A stretch of 64,000 nt of DNA, from the NCBI GenBank assembly GCA_010909165.1, contig MU008151.1, positions 62,001 through 126,000 of the forward strand. Direction: 5' to 3'. Position numbers and translations under genes: made by a program. The stretch comes from Anthoceros angustus (Eukaryota; Plantae; Anthocerotophyta). The notes beneath the pieces were generated by a model. The model did not search any database, was not told the origin of the DNA, and saw only the letters and a program-made list of their open reading frames with translations. Numbering within the stretch: position 1 is the first letter of the stretch; every line of letters begins with the position of its first letter. Below, in pieces: positions 46,160-59,959 of this stretch.

Positions 46160-46649
46160 AAGCAGGTACTCAGTAGTAGACCGTGTTTAGATTTTACTGA
46201 TAAGCCCGGCGAGGGTGACCCCCAGACACCTTGAAAAGCAACGTTCTCAATGAGTGATCAGATTTGAAGCAACTTGGCAGTCAAACAGCCCTTTACAAAG
46301 AGGAGGAAGAAGAATTCTATTCTAGTCCACCATACAAAGTTGCAATTCGCTGTGACGTGACGTGGACCTCATTGATTGAAGGAAACGACAATGCGGATTT
46401 CCCTAAGAAGTTGGGGATCCGAATAGGGTGTACAGTAACCTGCGACGCATTTGCAGGACTGAAGTGGTTGTGGTTGTGGCTTGTCTTCAAGCATGATGTC
46501 TCGACGTTGGGACAAAGTGAAATACAGTTGGAGGGGAGGCCGGCAATCACATCAGCCCATCAGCCTCGTTCGGACGGATTACATAGAATATCTAGGAAAC
46601 ATCGGTATTCAAATCCAGATCACATCGTATACATCTTGGAAGTCCTTCG

Positions 46650-46811
46650 GCTTCACGTCTGACTTATGTTCTGGATGGCTCGGACTTGCACGAGGCGGCT
46701 CATGATGCCGATGGTGGTACCATGGTGGCCGCATTGGCTCTGTGCTGTGCCGTAGCTGGAAGAGATACGGCTGGTACTTGCTGCTTGTTTCAGGGTCAAA
46801 CTATGCTTCAC
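46650..46811 (+). pseudogene. 5' remnant (signal peptide region) of a GNA-type lectin paralog
   Basis: Matches 27305-27440 (atggctcgga.ttgca...gtagctgg...ttgtttcagggt.a.actatgcttca). Confidence 0.85.
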
Positions 46812-46844
46812 TTACGCCAGACCAACCTCAAGGCGCAAAGGCGC

Positions 46845-47480
46845 AAACCGGGCCCTTCCCCCTCATGCCAACCCTCCCTCTTCTTGAGGGGCTGCAGTCG
46901 CAGGAGGGGTTTCTGGTTGCTGATGAATGCCAGCAGCTACAACAGTTCTTTCCCTTTTCGCAACGCCTCCTCCCGCACCCGACTCCAATCCTCGCCTTCT
47001 TCTTTCTCGAACAGGAGAGTTCCTGGCCAGCGCCACCAACCCCGCAGTGGAAAGGCTTCCGGGTTTCCCAATCCTGTAAACCCTCGAAGCACGTCCGCTG
47101 CCGCATCCGGCACCTTCTGAAGACGGTACCCCGAGGATGGAGTGACATCTTAACTCTGCAGATCAGGAAATTCGATTTGTCGCGCATCGACTCCCCTGTT
47201 AACCATCAAAAGACCTTCGTGCTGCCAGCACTTTTTCCTCAGAACGGACAGGCCAACGGGAAGCCGGAAACCCTAACGGGAGATTTACTCGGTGAGAGTT
47301 CAACTTTTGAACTTCCTCTCGTGGGACTGGGATGGGGGCCCATTTTGATGTCCTCGTCGTCGATCGTCTTGCACAGCTCATTTCTGTGGCGTGTGGGCTG
47401 ACATGCCCCAATTCGTGAGGATGAAATTGGTGGTAGAAATGACCAATCCCCAAGCGACTCACCAATCACATGACGGCTTC
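46845..47480 (-). pseudogene. TRFL paralog remnant plus its promoter
   Basis: Matches 19845-20150, then after a deletion 20430-20760, including the telo-box. Confidence 0.88.
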
Positions 47481-48077
47481 CGACATTCTACAATAAACCC
47501 AGCATGTGTGAGTCGGCTGACAAACACTGATGCGTATGTACGTGTTACCGCCAGCTTAGTATGTACGTAACCTACTCACATTGGACAGATGCTGTGACCC
47601 CACATGCTCGGGAGTCGGAATACCAGCATACAGTTGACAGGAGAATTTAAATCGCTGGCAACAAACAGAACGACAAAGTTTTGAGGAAGCAAGCATGGAA
47701 GTTGCCATGCGCGCAGATGCCCACATTCCCGAGGGATTTTTGGACTTGGAAATCTATCGTGGTTTCCTTGAAGTTTTTCTGTGTTGCGGCAACTTGCGGC
47801 GCAAGCTAATCGGCCTCCTCCTTCGTATGCACGAGGTTGTCTGGTGTCTCATCAGCTGTCTCTTTCTGGTAGATGTGTCCAGCAGAAATAGGTCCGAGCA
47901 CAAGGCTCTAGACCGTCGCTCCTTGCCTGTGGTCGGTGGTAGCTCACTGTGGTTGAGGAAGGGAGAGTTCGCGAAATGCAGGCAAGATGGTTTCTACAGT
48001 GAGTGCGAGTTTTGGTGGTGCGTCATGCCAGTAGAATATCTGTCAGCACTGGCCAGTGAGGATCATCAGGTGCAGGC

Positions 48078-51000
48078 ATGGCAAGCAGTTTGGAAAAGAA
48101 TCTTTCGGGCAGGTTACAGGAGCCGGAACCTGGGACTACCTTGAATGGTGGACAGGGGGAAGTGTCAGTGCTGAATCCAAGTGACGGTGCAGCACACATA
48201 TCAGATCACTTGCTTCCCGATGGCGGTGAAGCTAAGGAGGAAGGGAAAGAGACGCCGAAGGCCGAAAAGGCACAAGCCGTGCCTTTCCGTCGGCTCTTTG
48301 CCTTTGCAGATAACTTAGATTACGTCCTCATGTTCTTTGGCACAATGTCTGCAATTGCTGTTGGGGTGTCTCAGCCTGCAATGACTCTTCTTTTGGGCTC
48401 CACGATCAACGCCTTTGGGGAAAATGCATCGAATGCTGTCACTCACGAAGTTAACCAGGTTTGCATCTTTGGATTGCTGGACATTGATTAAGATATGTTG
48501 AGAGCTTAGTGATTACAAATATGCATGCGGTGAGTCGAGGTTGAATCTGATTGTGTTACTGTGCCTGTGGCGCAGCTGGCACTGAAGTTCATCTACATAG
48601 GCCTTGCTTCTGGGCTTGCAGCTTACACTGGTTAGGCACATCTCTGACTAAATCATCAGTGCATGGCCAGTCACTTCGAGGTCAAGTGGATGGGATCTGC
48701 TACTTCTGAGTCTTGTGTGATACTGTGGTGCAGAGGTGTCATTCTGGATAGCCACAGGAGAAAGGCAGTCTTCTCGGATTCGGGCCGCCTATCTGAGAGC
48801 TGTTATAAGACAAGATGTTGCGTTTTTTGATAAGGAAACTGCCACTGGGGAGGTTATAGCCAGACTATCCGGGGATACCCTTCTTATTCAAGGAGCTATT
48901 GGTGAGCAGGTAAGGCGTTCTGCTGCCTTGGCAATATTTCCTTCAAAGCTTTACCAATGTACCGTATGTCACTAGGAAACTGCTTCACTCTCAGGTTGGC
49001 AAATTCATTCAATTCATGGCCACTTTTTTCGGGGGTTACGTAATTGCTTTCATAGAGGGGTGGAAACTGGCTCTTGTGTCACTTGTAAGTCTCCCACTCC
49101 TTGTGGTAGCGGGGGCTTTTGTCACTATCTTCTTCCAGAAGCATGCCAAGGCCGGACAAGATGCATATACGGAAGCAGCAAAGGTTGTGGAACAAGTCAT
49201 TGGATCTATGCGAACTGTAAGTATGAGTAGCGTTTGCAGTGTCCGTGTATATGTCCAGGAGTCTTGTACCAGCTGCTAAGGATTGGTGTTGATACTTGCA
49301 ATGAGGGTAGCAATAAATTGTTGTTACATCTTGCAATCAGGTGGTGTCCTTCAATGGTGAGAGAAAGGCTGTGCAAGATTACGACAACGCACTGAAGAAG
49401 GGGTACAAGGTGTCTCGTGTTCAGGCCTTTCACAATTCCTGGGGCTTTTCTACAATCTTTCTTGTGCTATACTTCACCTATGCTTTATCTTTCTGGTATG
49501 GAGGGACACTTGTCACTAAAGAGGGTTATCGGGGTGGAACTGCACTCACAGTCGTCTTCTCAACAATCATGGGAGGCCTGTAAGCGATCCAATCACTGTT
49601 CCACTGCTCTTGTCGGTGTGGCTTGGTTTGCACCTGCGTCTTTTGTTCACGCCTTGCCTGGCTTTGTTGTTCCATGGCAGCGCTCTAGGTCAGGCTGCTC
49701 CTGCAGTGAATTCGTTTCAACTTGGACAACAGGCAGCCTTCAAAATGTTTGAGATTATAAGAAGGATACCTGATATTGACTCCTCCTCAGTTGATGGCGA
49801 AACTGTTCCTGATTTGAAAGGAGAAATTGAGTTCGACAAAGTTCACTTTTGCTACCCCACTCGTCCTGGAGTCCAAATCTTCTCTGACTTCTCTCTTTCC
49901 ATCCCATCTCGTTGCACAGCTGCCCTTGTTGGTGAGAGTGGGAGCGGCAAGTCGACAGTAGTAAGCTTGATAGAGCGCTTCTATGATCCACAAGTGGGAG
50001 CGGTTTTACTGGATGGAGTTGATATCAAGACGCTCAATTTAACTTGGCTGAGGCAGCAAATTGGGCTGGTTGGTCAAGAGCCCGTCCTTTTTGCAACTTC
50101 TATCTCGCAAAATATTGCATATGGCAAGGAAGGAGCAACGATGGAAGAGATCCAGGCTGCAGCAGAGCTTGCTAATGCTGCGACCTTCATAGGAAGACTT
50201 CCTCTGGTGAGTGTAGTGCAAATTCAGCACCATTTCTCTTGAAAATGAGCATAGGAAACGGGACCTCACATGGACTTTGGCATTCCAGGGTTATGAGACT
50301 CAGGTCGGTGAACATGGCACTCACTTGTCAGGTGGCCAGAAACAGAGGGTGGCTATTGCTCGAGCCATATTGAAAAATCCAAAGATTCTTCTGCTCGATG
50401 AAGCAACAAGTGCTTTAGATTCACGATCAGAGCACGTGGTGCAAGAAGCTTTGGACCGGCTCATGAAGGATCGCACAACAGTTGTGGTTGCTCATCGGCT
50501 TTCCACCATCCGTCATGCAGACATGATTGCAGTCGTGCATCAGGGAAAGATTATTGAATCAGGTTAGTCCCAACATTGATGCCATCTCTTGTCTAGAGCT
50601 AGTAAGGCGGACCGATAACATGCTGAAAGTTAGTCTGAATAATTCTTGTGGGGGATAAATGATTCACGTTCTAGGTCATTTGCAGGGACACATATGGAGC
50701 TTCTGAGGAGCGAAAATGGGACCTATGCCAAGCTGGTTCAGCTTCAGGAGTTGAGTAATGTGGATGAAAGTGAGGAGCCTGGTATTGATAATGATGACGT
50801 GCTCGCAGCTGGGGTCATTGACCGTTCACACAGCAAGGGATCATGGAGATCTAATTCTTCCAGGTACGGTTCTGCAATCTAACTTCTGCTTGGGACGGGG
50901 TTTTCTATAGTATTGCTGATAATTTACACAACAGGAAAGTGAGCTCCAAGCCTGAGGAGAGGAAAACCTCCAAGAGTCGGGGCTTGCTGGTTTTCCTTTG

Positions 51001-53273
51001 GGGTGGAGAAAGAGAGGTCCGTGGTGACTTGGAAACCGGGGAGGTTACACAGAAGGACAGTTCTATCCTCCGTCTTGCAGGTCTCCTTGGCCAGAGTGGA
51101 AAGCTACTTGGACTGTTTGGCTGCTTTACTTCCATCCTGTATGGGCTTGGTACTCCAATTACAGCCGTAGTTCTGGCTCAAGTAGTTTCAGTCTACTTTG
51201 ACCCCGACCCCCATGAACTCCGGAGAAAAGCCAATTTCTGGGCTTCCATGTTCCTAGTTTTAGGGGTAGCTCTTGCCCTTCTTGCCCCAGTAGCCAGATT
51301 CTCTTTATCTATTATGGGGCATCAGCTTACACGAGTAGTCCGCCGTTTGATGTTTGACAAGGTTGTCAGGCAAGATATCAGCTGGTTTGATGCACCAAAG
51401 AATTCGAGGTAACTTCTTCTTGTTCTGCATTGCAGCTCGTGTACACTGAAATGTCTACTATGGTGGGTTCCACTGGGGTTTATTTATGGTCGTAACCTGC
51501 TGGTGTATGACAAGGTTTTGTGGTCTGTCTCAGTGGAGCAATCAGTGCCCGACTTGCAGTAGATGCCTCTCTTGTTCAGAGCATGGTGGCAGAGACACTG
51601 GGGGTAATTGTCCAGAATTCTGCCACGCTCATCACTGCCATTATCGTTGGTTTATTGGCGAACTGGCAGCTTACGTTGGTGGTGTTAGCTGTCATGCCTC
51701 TGTTTGGCCTTCAAGCCGTGGGCCAATTCAACAGAACGAAAGGATATGCCGGAAGAGCTCAGGTTCAGAAGAAACTAACATCCTCATTTTGCTGAGCTTC
51801 AAGCACCGTGAGTATTTTGTCTTCATTTTCTGATTTGTTTGTTCTCGCAAACAGGAAGCATATGAAGAGGCCAGTCAGATGGCATGTGATGCTGTTGGCA
51901 GTATTCGGACTGTGGCTTCTTTTTGCGCGGAGAGCAAGGTAGTACGGGAGTTTCAAGCTCAAATTGAAGTGCCAAAGAGACATGGCATCAAGCAAGGCTT
52001 TGTCACTGGATTAGGCCTTGGCCTGGCACAGCTTGGCTTATTCACCTCTTATGCTCTTAGTTTCTGGTACGGTTCTCAGCTAGTGAAAGACGGGAAAACA
52101 ACATACAGCAAAGTGTTTCGGGTATGTCACGGCATTACATATGATCTACCACAATCTCATCTACGTTCGGAGTTTCCTTACACTTCTCTCGACTTTCTTG
52201 ACTTTGTGTTTTTCTCTGGTTCTGCTTATGATCGCGAAAGCTGGTTTGTTTTGTGGATGTAGGTCTTCCTAGCAGTGGCTATGAGCGCTGCGACCATTGC
52301 AAGTACTATGACCTTAGCTCCAGATCTGGGCAAAGTGAAGACAGCAGTCCGTTCCATCTTCGGGATCTTGGATGAACGTTCCAAAATTGACCCAGAAAGC
52401 ATGGAAGGAAAGGTTCTACAATCGGTTGAAGGAGCTCTTGAACTTAAGGACATTGTTTTCAGATATCCGTCGAGACCTGAAGTTGCAGTTTTCCAGAATC
52501 TGTCTCTGATTGTGCCAGCGGGAAAGGTACTTAAAGCAGCAAGCAGCAGTTTGTCGAAGTTATGCATTTTACATGTATCACTCATCATTTGTCGTTTGTG
52601 CTTCCAACAGACAATGGCTATTGTCGGTGAGAGTGGGAGTGGAAAGTCCACAGTGATTGCTCTGCTGGAGAGGTTCTATGACCCGGATTCCGGCGTGATC
52701 CTACTTGACCACGTGAACATCAAGGAGCTGCAGATCCGTTGGTACCGGCAGCAGTTGGCATTAGTGAGCCAAGAGCCTGTCATCTTCAACGACACCATCA
52801 AAGCCAACATACAATACGGGAAACAGGGAAGTGGCCCGAGCGCGTCTCAAGAGGAGATAGAAGCTGCAGCTGTGACTGCCAACGCCCACAAATTCATCTC
52901 GGAGATGCCCGATGGTTACAGTACCCTGGTAGGAGAACGAGGGATCCAGCTGTCCGGTGGGCAGAAGCAGAGGGTAGCCATTGCACGAGCTATCATCAAG
53001 CGTCCTCCGATACTGTTGCTGGATGAAGCAACCAGCGCACTTGACAGCGAGTCCGAGCGGGTCGTGCAAGAGGCCTTGGACCGAGTTGCAGTAGGCCGTA
53101 CTACAGTTGTGATCGCCCACCGGCTATCCACAATCCAGAATGCAGATATGATTGTTGTGGTGAGAAACGGTTGCATTGCAGAGCAAGGTCGACATGAGGA
53201 GCTGATGGTGAAGCCCAACAGTGCGTATGCAGCCCTCGCAAATCTCGGCAATTCGAAGGCCAATGCGTCGTGA
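48078..53273 (+). CDS. full-size ABCB (MDR/PGP) ABC transporter, multi-exon, apparently intact
   Basis: TMD1-NBD1-TMD2-NBD2; Walker [10 protein letters not shown] x2; LSGGQKQR x2; [12 protein letters not shown] x2; AHRLSTI x2; short GT-AG introns. Confidence 0.93.
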
Positions 53274-54355
53274 CCACCTCACACAAATATCTCAAGAGAC
53301 CAGATTTGGTATTGCGGCTGTCCACAGAGTAGGTACGTACTCTCTTCATTTGTAGAAGTGGGAAATCCAGTCTGGGATGGCGAAATGCTGGCTTCCACCG
53401 TAGCTTTGGTATACATAATTGAACCTCTCCGAATGCTCCAAAATCAAAGACCCAAGGTAGCACCGGGAGAGAGCTTCCCGAGTCATCAAAACGGCAAGCA
53501 GAACAATTGAAGACAGATTCCCCAACCAGCTTTTTGCTGTAGCCGTTCTCAAAACACAGCCATGATTTGGTGATGTTTCCTCACAAGCCGAAATTCTGAC
53601 GTCTCCAGTCCATCGGTGAAGCTTCGGCGCTTGCCACAGACTCGTACTAAAATGCCATTCTGTTCCCGAATCCAGCCATTCAGAAAGCTTTCGTTTCCCA
53701 AGGGCACTGCTCCCCCCTTCGTCAATCCAGGAGACCTTCCTCACCAACGAGATTTGGGTGCAACACCTACTTCGGCCTTGTCTCGTAATCTTAAGCATGC
53801 CCTCTCAAAAGATACAACCTCATCTCGCTGTCTGCTCACCTTCTTGATCTACCACAGCACACGATTTAACCAAGGGTATCTTGCCCTGGTGAATTAATGA
53901 CAGACAGCTGCCATTGTGCTCTAAGATGTCCGTCCACCGATCAAAATATCCGCCCCTCCGTCCCTTCTAGAAGGTATCCTGCTACCTAGATCTATCGTAA
54001 TAGATCGGACCCGCAATATCTGTTTCATGCTACAGATCGGACCCGCAATAGCCGGAGGTGCTGCTGCTGGTCTCACAACACATACACCGTAGGTTGTCGC
54101 GAATACGTCTCGGATCAAGTGGGAAACCACTTGTGCAGTGCCTATGCCTTGGGATACTATGTCCTTCCGAAACGGTGTGGAGAACTTTCAGTTCTCCGTC
54201 TCCTGGCTAGCTGGAAGGAGTGAGGTCGCAGAGGAGCCCAGTGCACGCCAAGGGTGCAGATCCCGCTTCACCTGATTGGGGAAGAGCTTGGTGATGACTG
54301 CTCTACCAGCGCAGCATTCAGTGTGGTGGAAACTATAGTCTGTCTCTGTCATACA

Positions 54356-54470
54356 TTGCCGACGGCAGTGGTGGAAGCAGTGCTGGTGCGATTACGGGCA
54401 GCAGCGCAGGCCCGCTGCCGAGCTGTGTGCAAGGACTGGCTTGCCATGCTCACCGAACCAGGGTTTCGTT
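54356..54470 (+). pseudogene. isolated F-box motif remnant
   Basis: LPTAVVEAVLVRL..AQARCRAVCKDWLAMLTEPGF fits the F-box consensus; no downstream domain follows. Confidence 0.65.
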
Positions 54471-54936
54471 GGAGGAACTTTCTCCATTCCCTGTCGCGGA
54501 CGAAAGGTTCCCCAGATTATCGGTGCAGCTAGGGACGTTTTCCAACCCATGCCGAATTTCAGGATTTCAGGATTTCAGGCCTAATTAGAGTCCAAGTCCC
54601 ATGGGACAACCCCGAAGACCTTTACTCTCGGTGGCCCGGTGATCTGTTTCATGTCGCTCTTCCATATGATCAGTATCCTCTTAGATCGAAATACTCAGAA
54701 TCTTTGTCGTCAAAAACATCAGGGGCATCCGCGCCACCTCTTGGCTATCCTCTCAAACATCCAAATATTCAGAATCTTCCTTCTCTTTTCACAAATACCG
54801 GGGCATCCTCAACTCGCCTCCATCAGCATCCCATGCATCTCATGTCCCAAACGGAGAACACGAACACAAGTAGAAGAATTTTATTGAAGTCTACTAAGGA
54901 CGGAATTCCGTCATGGGACTGAAATACGGTAACTTC

Positions 54937-55127
<191 letters not shown>

Positions 55128-55137
55128 GATTCACAAG

Positions 55138-55260
55138 GTGATCTCGTACTTTACACCTCACACGAGCTTGTGATCTCGCACTTTAGACCTCACACGAGCT
55201 TGTGATCTCGCACTTTAGACCTCACACGAGCTTGTGATCTCGCGTTTTAGACTTCACAGG
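55138..55260. repeat. 32-bp tandem repeat x3.5
   Basis: gtgatctcg(c/t)acttta(g/c)acctcacacgagctt repeated. Confidence 0.95.
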
Positions 55261-55405
55261 AGGGAGTTGAGCACGCCTGAAAACTAAGATGATTTACAAA
55301 CTTTTTTCTAACAATCAAGGGATGGCACCCCATCCTCATACTGATTTGTCCGCAAGCTGCTTAACTGCGGAGTTCTTTTCTTAATCTTTGTTGGTGTATG
55401 TGCAC

Positions 55406-55831
55406 AAGGGTGTCATTTTGATCCCGTCCCAAGCTCGGTCCCGGTCCCTGCATGTGTTAAAAAAAACATGAGGTTCTTCAAGAGTCCGGTCCCCACCCTC
55501 GGTCCCCTATTACCCTCGGGGACCGAGAGTTCATAAAAGGTCCGGTTTAAAATTAGTAAATTACTTAATTTTATATCCAAGGATTTATATTTATTACGGA
55601 CACATGGACCCATCTTATCATGGGCCTTGATTTGCGATGCGGGCATGATCAGGACTCCATGATCATGATCTGCGATCTTTATATTATTATTTATAAATTA
55701 TTTATCTAATATTTATTATATTTAGTGACCAAGGGTCGCAAAAACCTGATCCGTCCCAAGCTCGGTCCGGGACCGGCGTAACTAAGCAGGCGGTCCGGAT
55801 CGAGCTAGTATTCGGTCAAAATGACAGTCAA
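55406..55831. mobile_element. non-autonomous hAT-like element (MITE), 426 bp
   Basis: 8-bp direct flanks ATGTGCAC (55398-55405, 55832-55839); inner TIR core TGTCATTTTGA/TCAAAATGACA; subterminal repeats gatcc(c)gtcccaagctcggtcc. Confidence 0.75.
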
Positions 55832-55849
55832 ATGTGCACCCCCCGTCTT

Positions 55850-58800
55850 GAGGTTTATGTATTGCATTATGAAAGTGTGTGAAGGCATTAAAGATGCCTC
55901 AACTGTCCGTTCGGATTGTAACTCTTAAGATTGTGCCTATTCAGAATGGTGAGCTTTATGAATATAACAATCTTCATACACCGCACTTGAAGCGAGATGA
56001 GCTGAATCTATTGCAAATCAACAAGTCCTAATAAGAAGCAAAAGCCTTCATGCTTGATCTTTCGTAAGGGCTTGGTCAGAATACCATGTTCGTGAGTTGA
56101 CCTTCAATAGGAATGTAATTCAATCTTTTGATTGCACCTTGGGGCGCAGGTAATGATACCATGACTCGATATTCTTGGATTGCTCATAAAACGTGAGATC
56201 ATTTGATAGGGCTATGATAGCTTGATTATCACACATTAACTTGCTCATCTCATGTGGATACCCAAGGTTTCAAAGGAGCTAATCTGGCCATAGTTCTTCT
56301 TTAGTTGCAAAGGCAACTGTGATATATTCTGATTTAGCTTAACCCAAAAAGGACAAACCCACTCAAAACGAGTTTTTGAGTGCCTTTTTAACACTTTGAC
56401 ACTTTTGGAATAAAAGTAAAACCAATTCAAAAAAAGGTTGCCTTCTTTGTGAAATTCTTTACTCTATCTTCCAATATTTTTTAATTTAAAAAATTCTCAT
56501 ATTATGACACAAAAACATTAACCAAACTTGGATCGAAATGCCATATCCACAAGTGTACTTTAAAAGCCGATGCTCAAACCGAGTTCCATCGGCCTTCAAG
56601 TTCTGCGTCCAAAGGCCCGTACGCCGAAATTAAAAGCTGTCCACGGACGATAGGGTGGCACGGACCAAACTGTAGTTAGACGTGTAGTTAGTTTGGTTTG
56701 GCCAAGGCTGGAAGTTGTGAAGCCAAGGCAATCATTTAAGCTTGTATCTTTTTTTTAGTACTGAACAGCCCTCTAATTTTTTGAGTGGTAAGTGGGGCGG
56801 CGTGTGATTGTTCTGAAGACATGCCAGATAACTTCTTTCATTCAGCCAATTTGGTAAACCATGGATTTTGATACATTGACATGGAAGGAATGGAAAGAAG
56901 CACATGCTACTTTGTGGGTTATAATCACCCAAATGGGTAGTGGGAGGGTGCATTGGAAAGGTCTTGTGCAGCTCAATGAGCCCTAATTTTTTTTAAAATA
57001 AATTTATAACAGTGAAAACTAAAGAAAACTTGGTTTCTGCGAAAAAGTCATTTTCAACCTAGTTCTTCTGGGTTAACTTAGAGAAATTGAAGTCTATTTT
57101 TTGGATTTCTAAGTTTATAATAAAGTCTTCTTTCCTCGATTTCTAAGTTTTACACTACCTGTAAGCATGAAGACATAATCCATGGTGATTTTCTAGTGTC
57201 CAGTCTGCGTTGGTTCATCTACTAAGTTTGGTTTGAACATTAGGACTTGCTTATTTATATTGAATTTACAATTTCTTGTCGTTAGAAGATACCTTAGAAT
57301 TCTCTTAGTAGCCGGCCAATGTAACTTGCTGGGCTTGGATAGAAACTAATAAACATGTCCATTGGGACACATTACATCTACTCTAGTATACTAGGCTGAA
57401 TATTAAACACTACCAACTACTTCTGCAAATGGGATCAATTTCATCTTTTTGCTTAGCCTAGAGCATGTTTGCTTGGGTGTATCAAGATTTGCAACTAGCT
57501 ATAGTATACTAAGTAAGTAAATAGGAAACATATATTCCTGATGTAAAGTACCGCTATGTATATAATGAGAACCTTAATTAGCCTGAATGCCAAGGCAGTA
57601 TGTCATGCTGCCTTCATCTGTTACCTTGAACTCTTCCCTAAAATCACATTTGCAGTCAACTAAGAATGTCTCATCATTGAAAACCATAATCAGGTCATCG
57701 ATTATATAAAGATCCATCATAAGTACTTGTTCCCCTCTGTTTCTTATGAAGATACTAGCATCTACAAAAACATTTGATATAACCGCCAAGCAAATACAGT
57801 CAAAGCATTCATACCACGCTCCAGGGGACTGTTTGAGCTCCTATAGAGTATTCTTTAGTAACCACAGAGTTAGAAATAAAAGGAGACCACGTACATAACC
57901 CTTAGTAAGCACTTAATTGCCCACTCATGAACCCAAACTACTATTCATTATTGATATAGCATTTGCTTGATGCAAGACACCTCCCCATGACATCTCTACC
58001 TCACACCTTGAACTCTTCGCCAAGTGCTTCATAACCATGAGGCTGTTGTACATAAATAGATTTATTCTTTCAAAAGTCCATGTAGAAATGCCATCTCCAT
58101 ATCTAGCTAATGTATGAAGAGAATGTACATTACACGAAGAGAGATGAGCTTCACTACCAGGCTAAAAATGTTTCACTCAAAGTAGTAGACTCCTCTCTTT
58201 TTTGTGAATCCCCTAGCTACGAATCTGGCTTAAAATCTAGTTGAGGAGCCATCTGCATTTTGCTTCTTTGTTAGGATCCATTTGTTGCCTGCGATATTCT
58301 CTCCTTGTGGTGGCTTATCCAAGGTTCATACTTAACTGGAAACCAAGAATTCATATTCATTGTCTATTGCTTGCATCTATAAATTGCAATTTGGTACTTC
58401 AAGTGCTTCTTCAATAGGAATAATGTTAGCATTGAAAGTGGAGGTCAAATTGCAGGACTACAACAAGGAGGAAGAGTATGTTTTTAAACAACATGGAAAG
58501 ATTAACAAACGGCTCTACAAGGCTATACGGGCGGGGAGGAACAAGGCCAATGTTTACGTCAAAGAGTTGAAAGCCTAGAAAATTTGGGAATTCAATAAGG
58601 AGCTAGGGGAATTGGGGGAAGACTTAACAGAGGTCTTGGAAGTGCTAAAAAAGCTGATACTTTTGAAGAAGAAAGGTCACTTGGAGAAGAAAGACAGACC
58701 AATCAAGGGAGGAACAGGTGAATTCTACGAAGCTAGAAGAGCTACCTGAACTAGCGAAAGGGGGGTTTCCTGTGAAGAAGCCTTGTTATGAGGCAGGGAG

Positions 58801-59600
58801 GGAAAAGACTTACCTAAATTTCTAGGAATGCAAATTGGAGCTGAGGTGAGAAAGTTCCCTACAGGCCTTGAACCCAACTGATGATGATAACCAAGTGTGA
58901 TGCGAGGGTGTTATTTTAGGTTTGAACTTTTTGTGAGCACTTGTTGTAAATTAGAAGATAATTGGACTCCAGCAAGATCCTATTTTGAATGCGATGGGTG
59001 TTATTTTAGGTTAGAACTTTTTTTTAGCATTAGCTGTAAATTAGAAGATAATTGGACTTAAACAAGATCCTACTTTGAAATAGGTTGTTTGGGTCAAGGA
59101 AAACTTCAAGAGATAGAGGAGGAGATGTCGTCAGTCATTTCGTTTACTAAATGGTGCAAATAAGCTTGTGCAAAAAATAGCCAAAGTATAAACAAAATTG
59201 TGCAAGTGAATGATAAAGGGCAGTTTTTCATATTCAAGGATAAATGAAAAGATAAAGCTATTAAATTTTGGGAGGAAAAAGACTGCATGAGCTTAAAGGC
59301 CTTAGAACTTCTTAAAAGTAAGGAAGTCATGAAACTTAACAGAGAGAATCCCTTTATTTGATTTTGTTTATCTACTTGTAGTCTCAGATTCAGGTTGAAG
59401 TTGAAACATGGGGAGAGCACACGCATGAGAGAATCGTAAAGTATGTATTATTTTATGGAAGTGTGTGAAGGCATTAAAGATGCTTGAACGAGGGGGAGGC
59501 GAGTCTGTTCGGATTACGTCTCAGTTTGGATGATTTGCCTATTCAGAACGACAAGTCTCATGAATGTAACTGTTTTCACACAAGGTCTTGCTCTAGTCGG
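55850..59600 (-). mobile_element. highly degenerate Copia remnant with diverged LTR-like direct repeats (~55862-55970 and ~59452-59575)
   Basis: RT-like DLYIIDDLIM...FKVTDEGSMTYCLGI at 57574-57789; shared aagtgtgtgaaggcattaaagatgc...tgcctattcagaa at both ends. Confidence 0.6.
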
Positions 59601-59959
59601 AGCTCATATTCTCATGGGACATAATGTACTTAGCAACTACAGGCCTCAACTGGGGATCTTTGCGAGAGTGGAGTGAGCAATGGATCACGAACTACAGCTT
59701 AAGACGAGGCTTTGAGACGGTAGGCTCTCATTATCTCTAGTGTGCTGGCCTCGGTTTTTTTCTATTTCTACTTTCCTTCCTACCTGCAGCCTTCCTTACC
59801 TTAATTACCAATAGTATATCCATTTCGCATATTTTGTTACTTGAATAAGCTTGCATGTGATTCTATTCAATTGCTTCGGTTGTTTGGATCTGCGCCAGTT
59901 TTCCCCATTCATAGATTAAAGACCCAATTCCTCATTCATCAATTAAACACTCATGAACG

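Noticed and set aside
5140-53273. BAHD + glycosyltransferase + ABCB + lectin as a biosynthetic gene cluster
   Set aside because: There is no scaffold-forming enzyme, the genes are interspersed with unrelated housekeeping genes, and KOB1-like proteins act in cell-wall biology. There is no co-expression evidence.
55138-55260. 32-bp repeats as a CRISPR array
   Set aside because: No spacers; this is a simple minisatellite.
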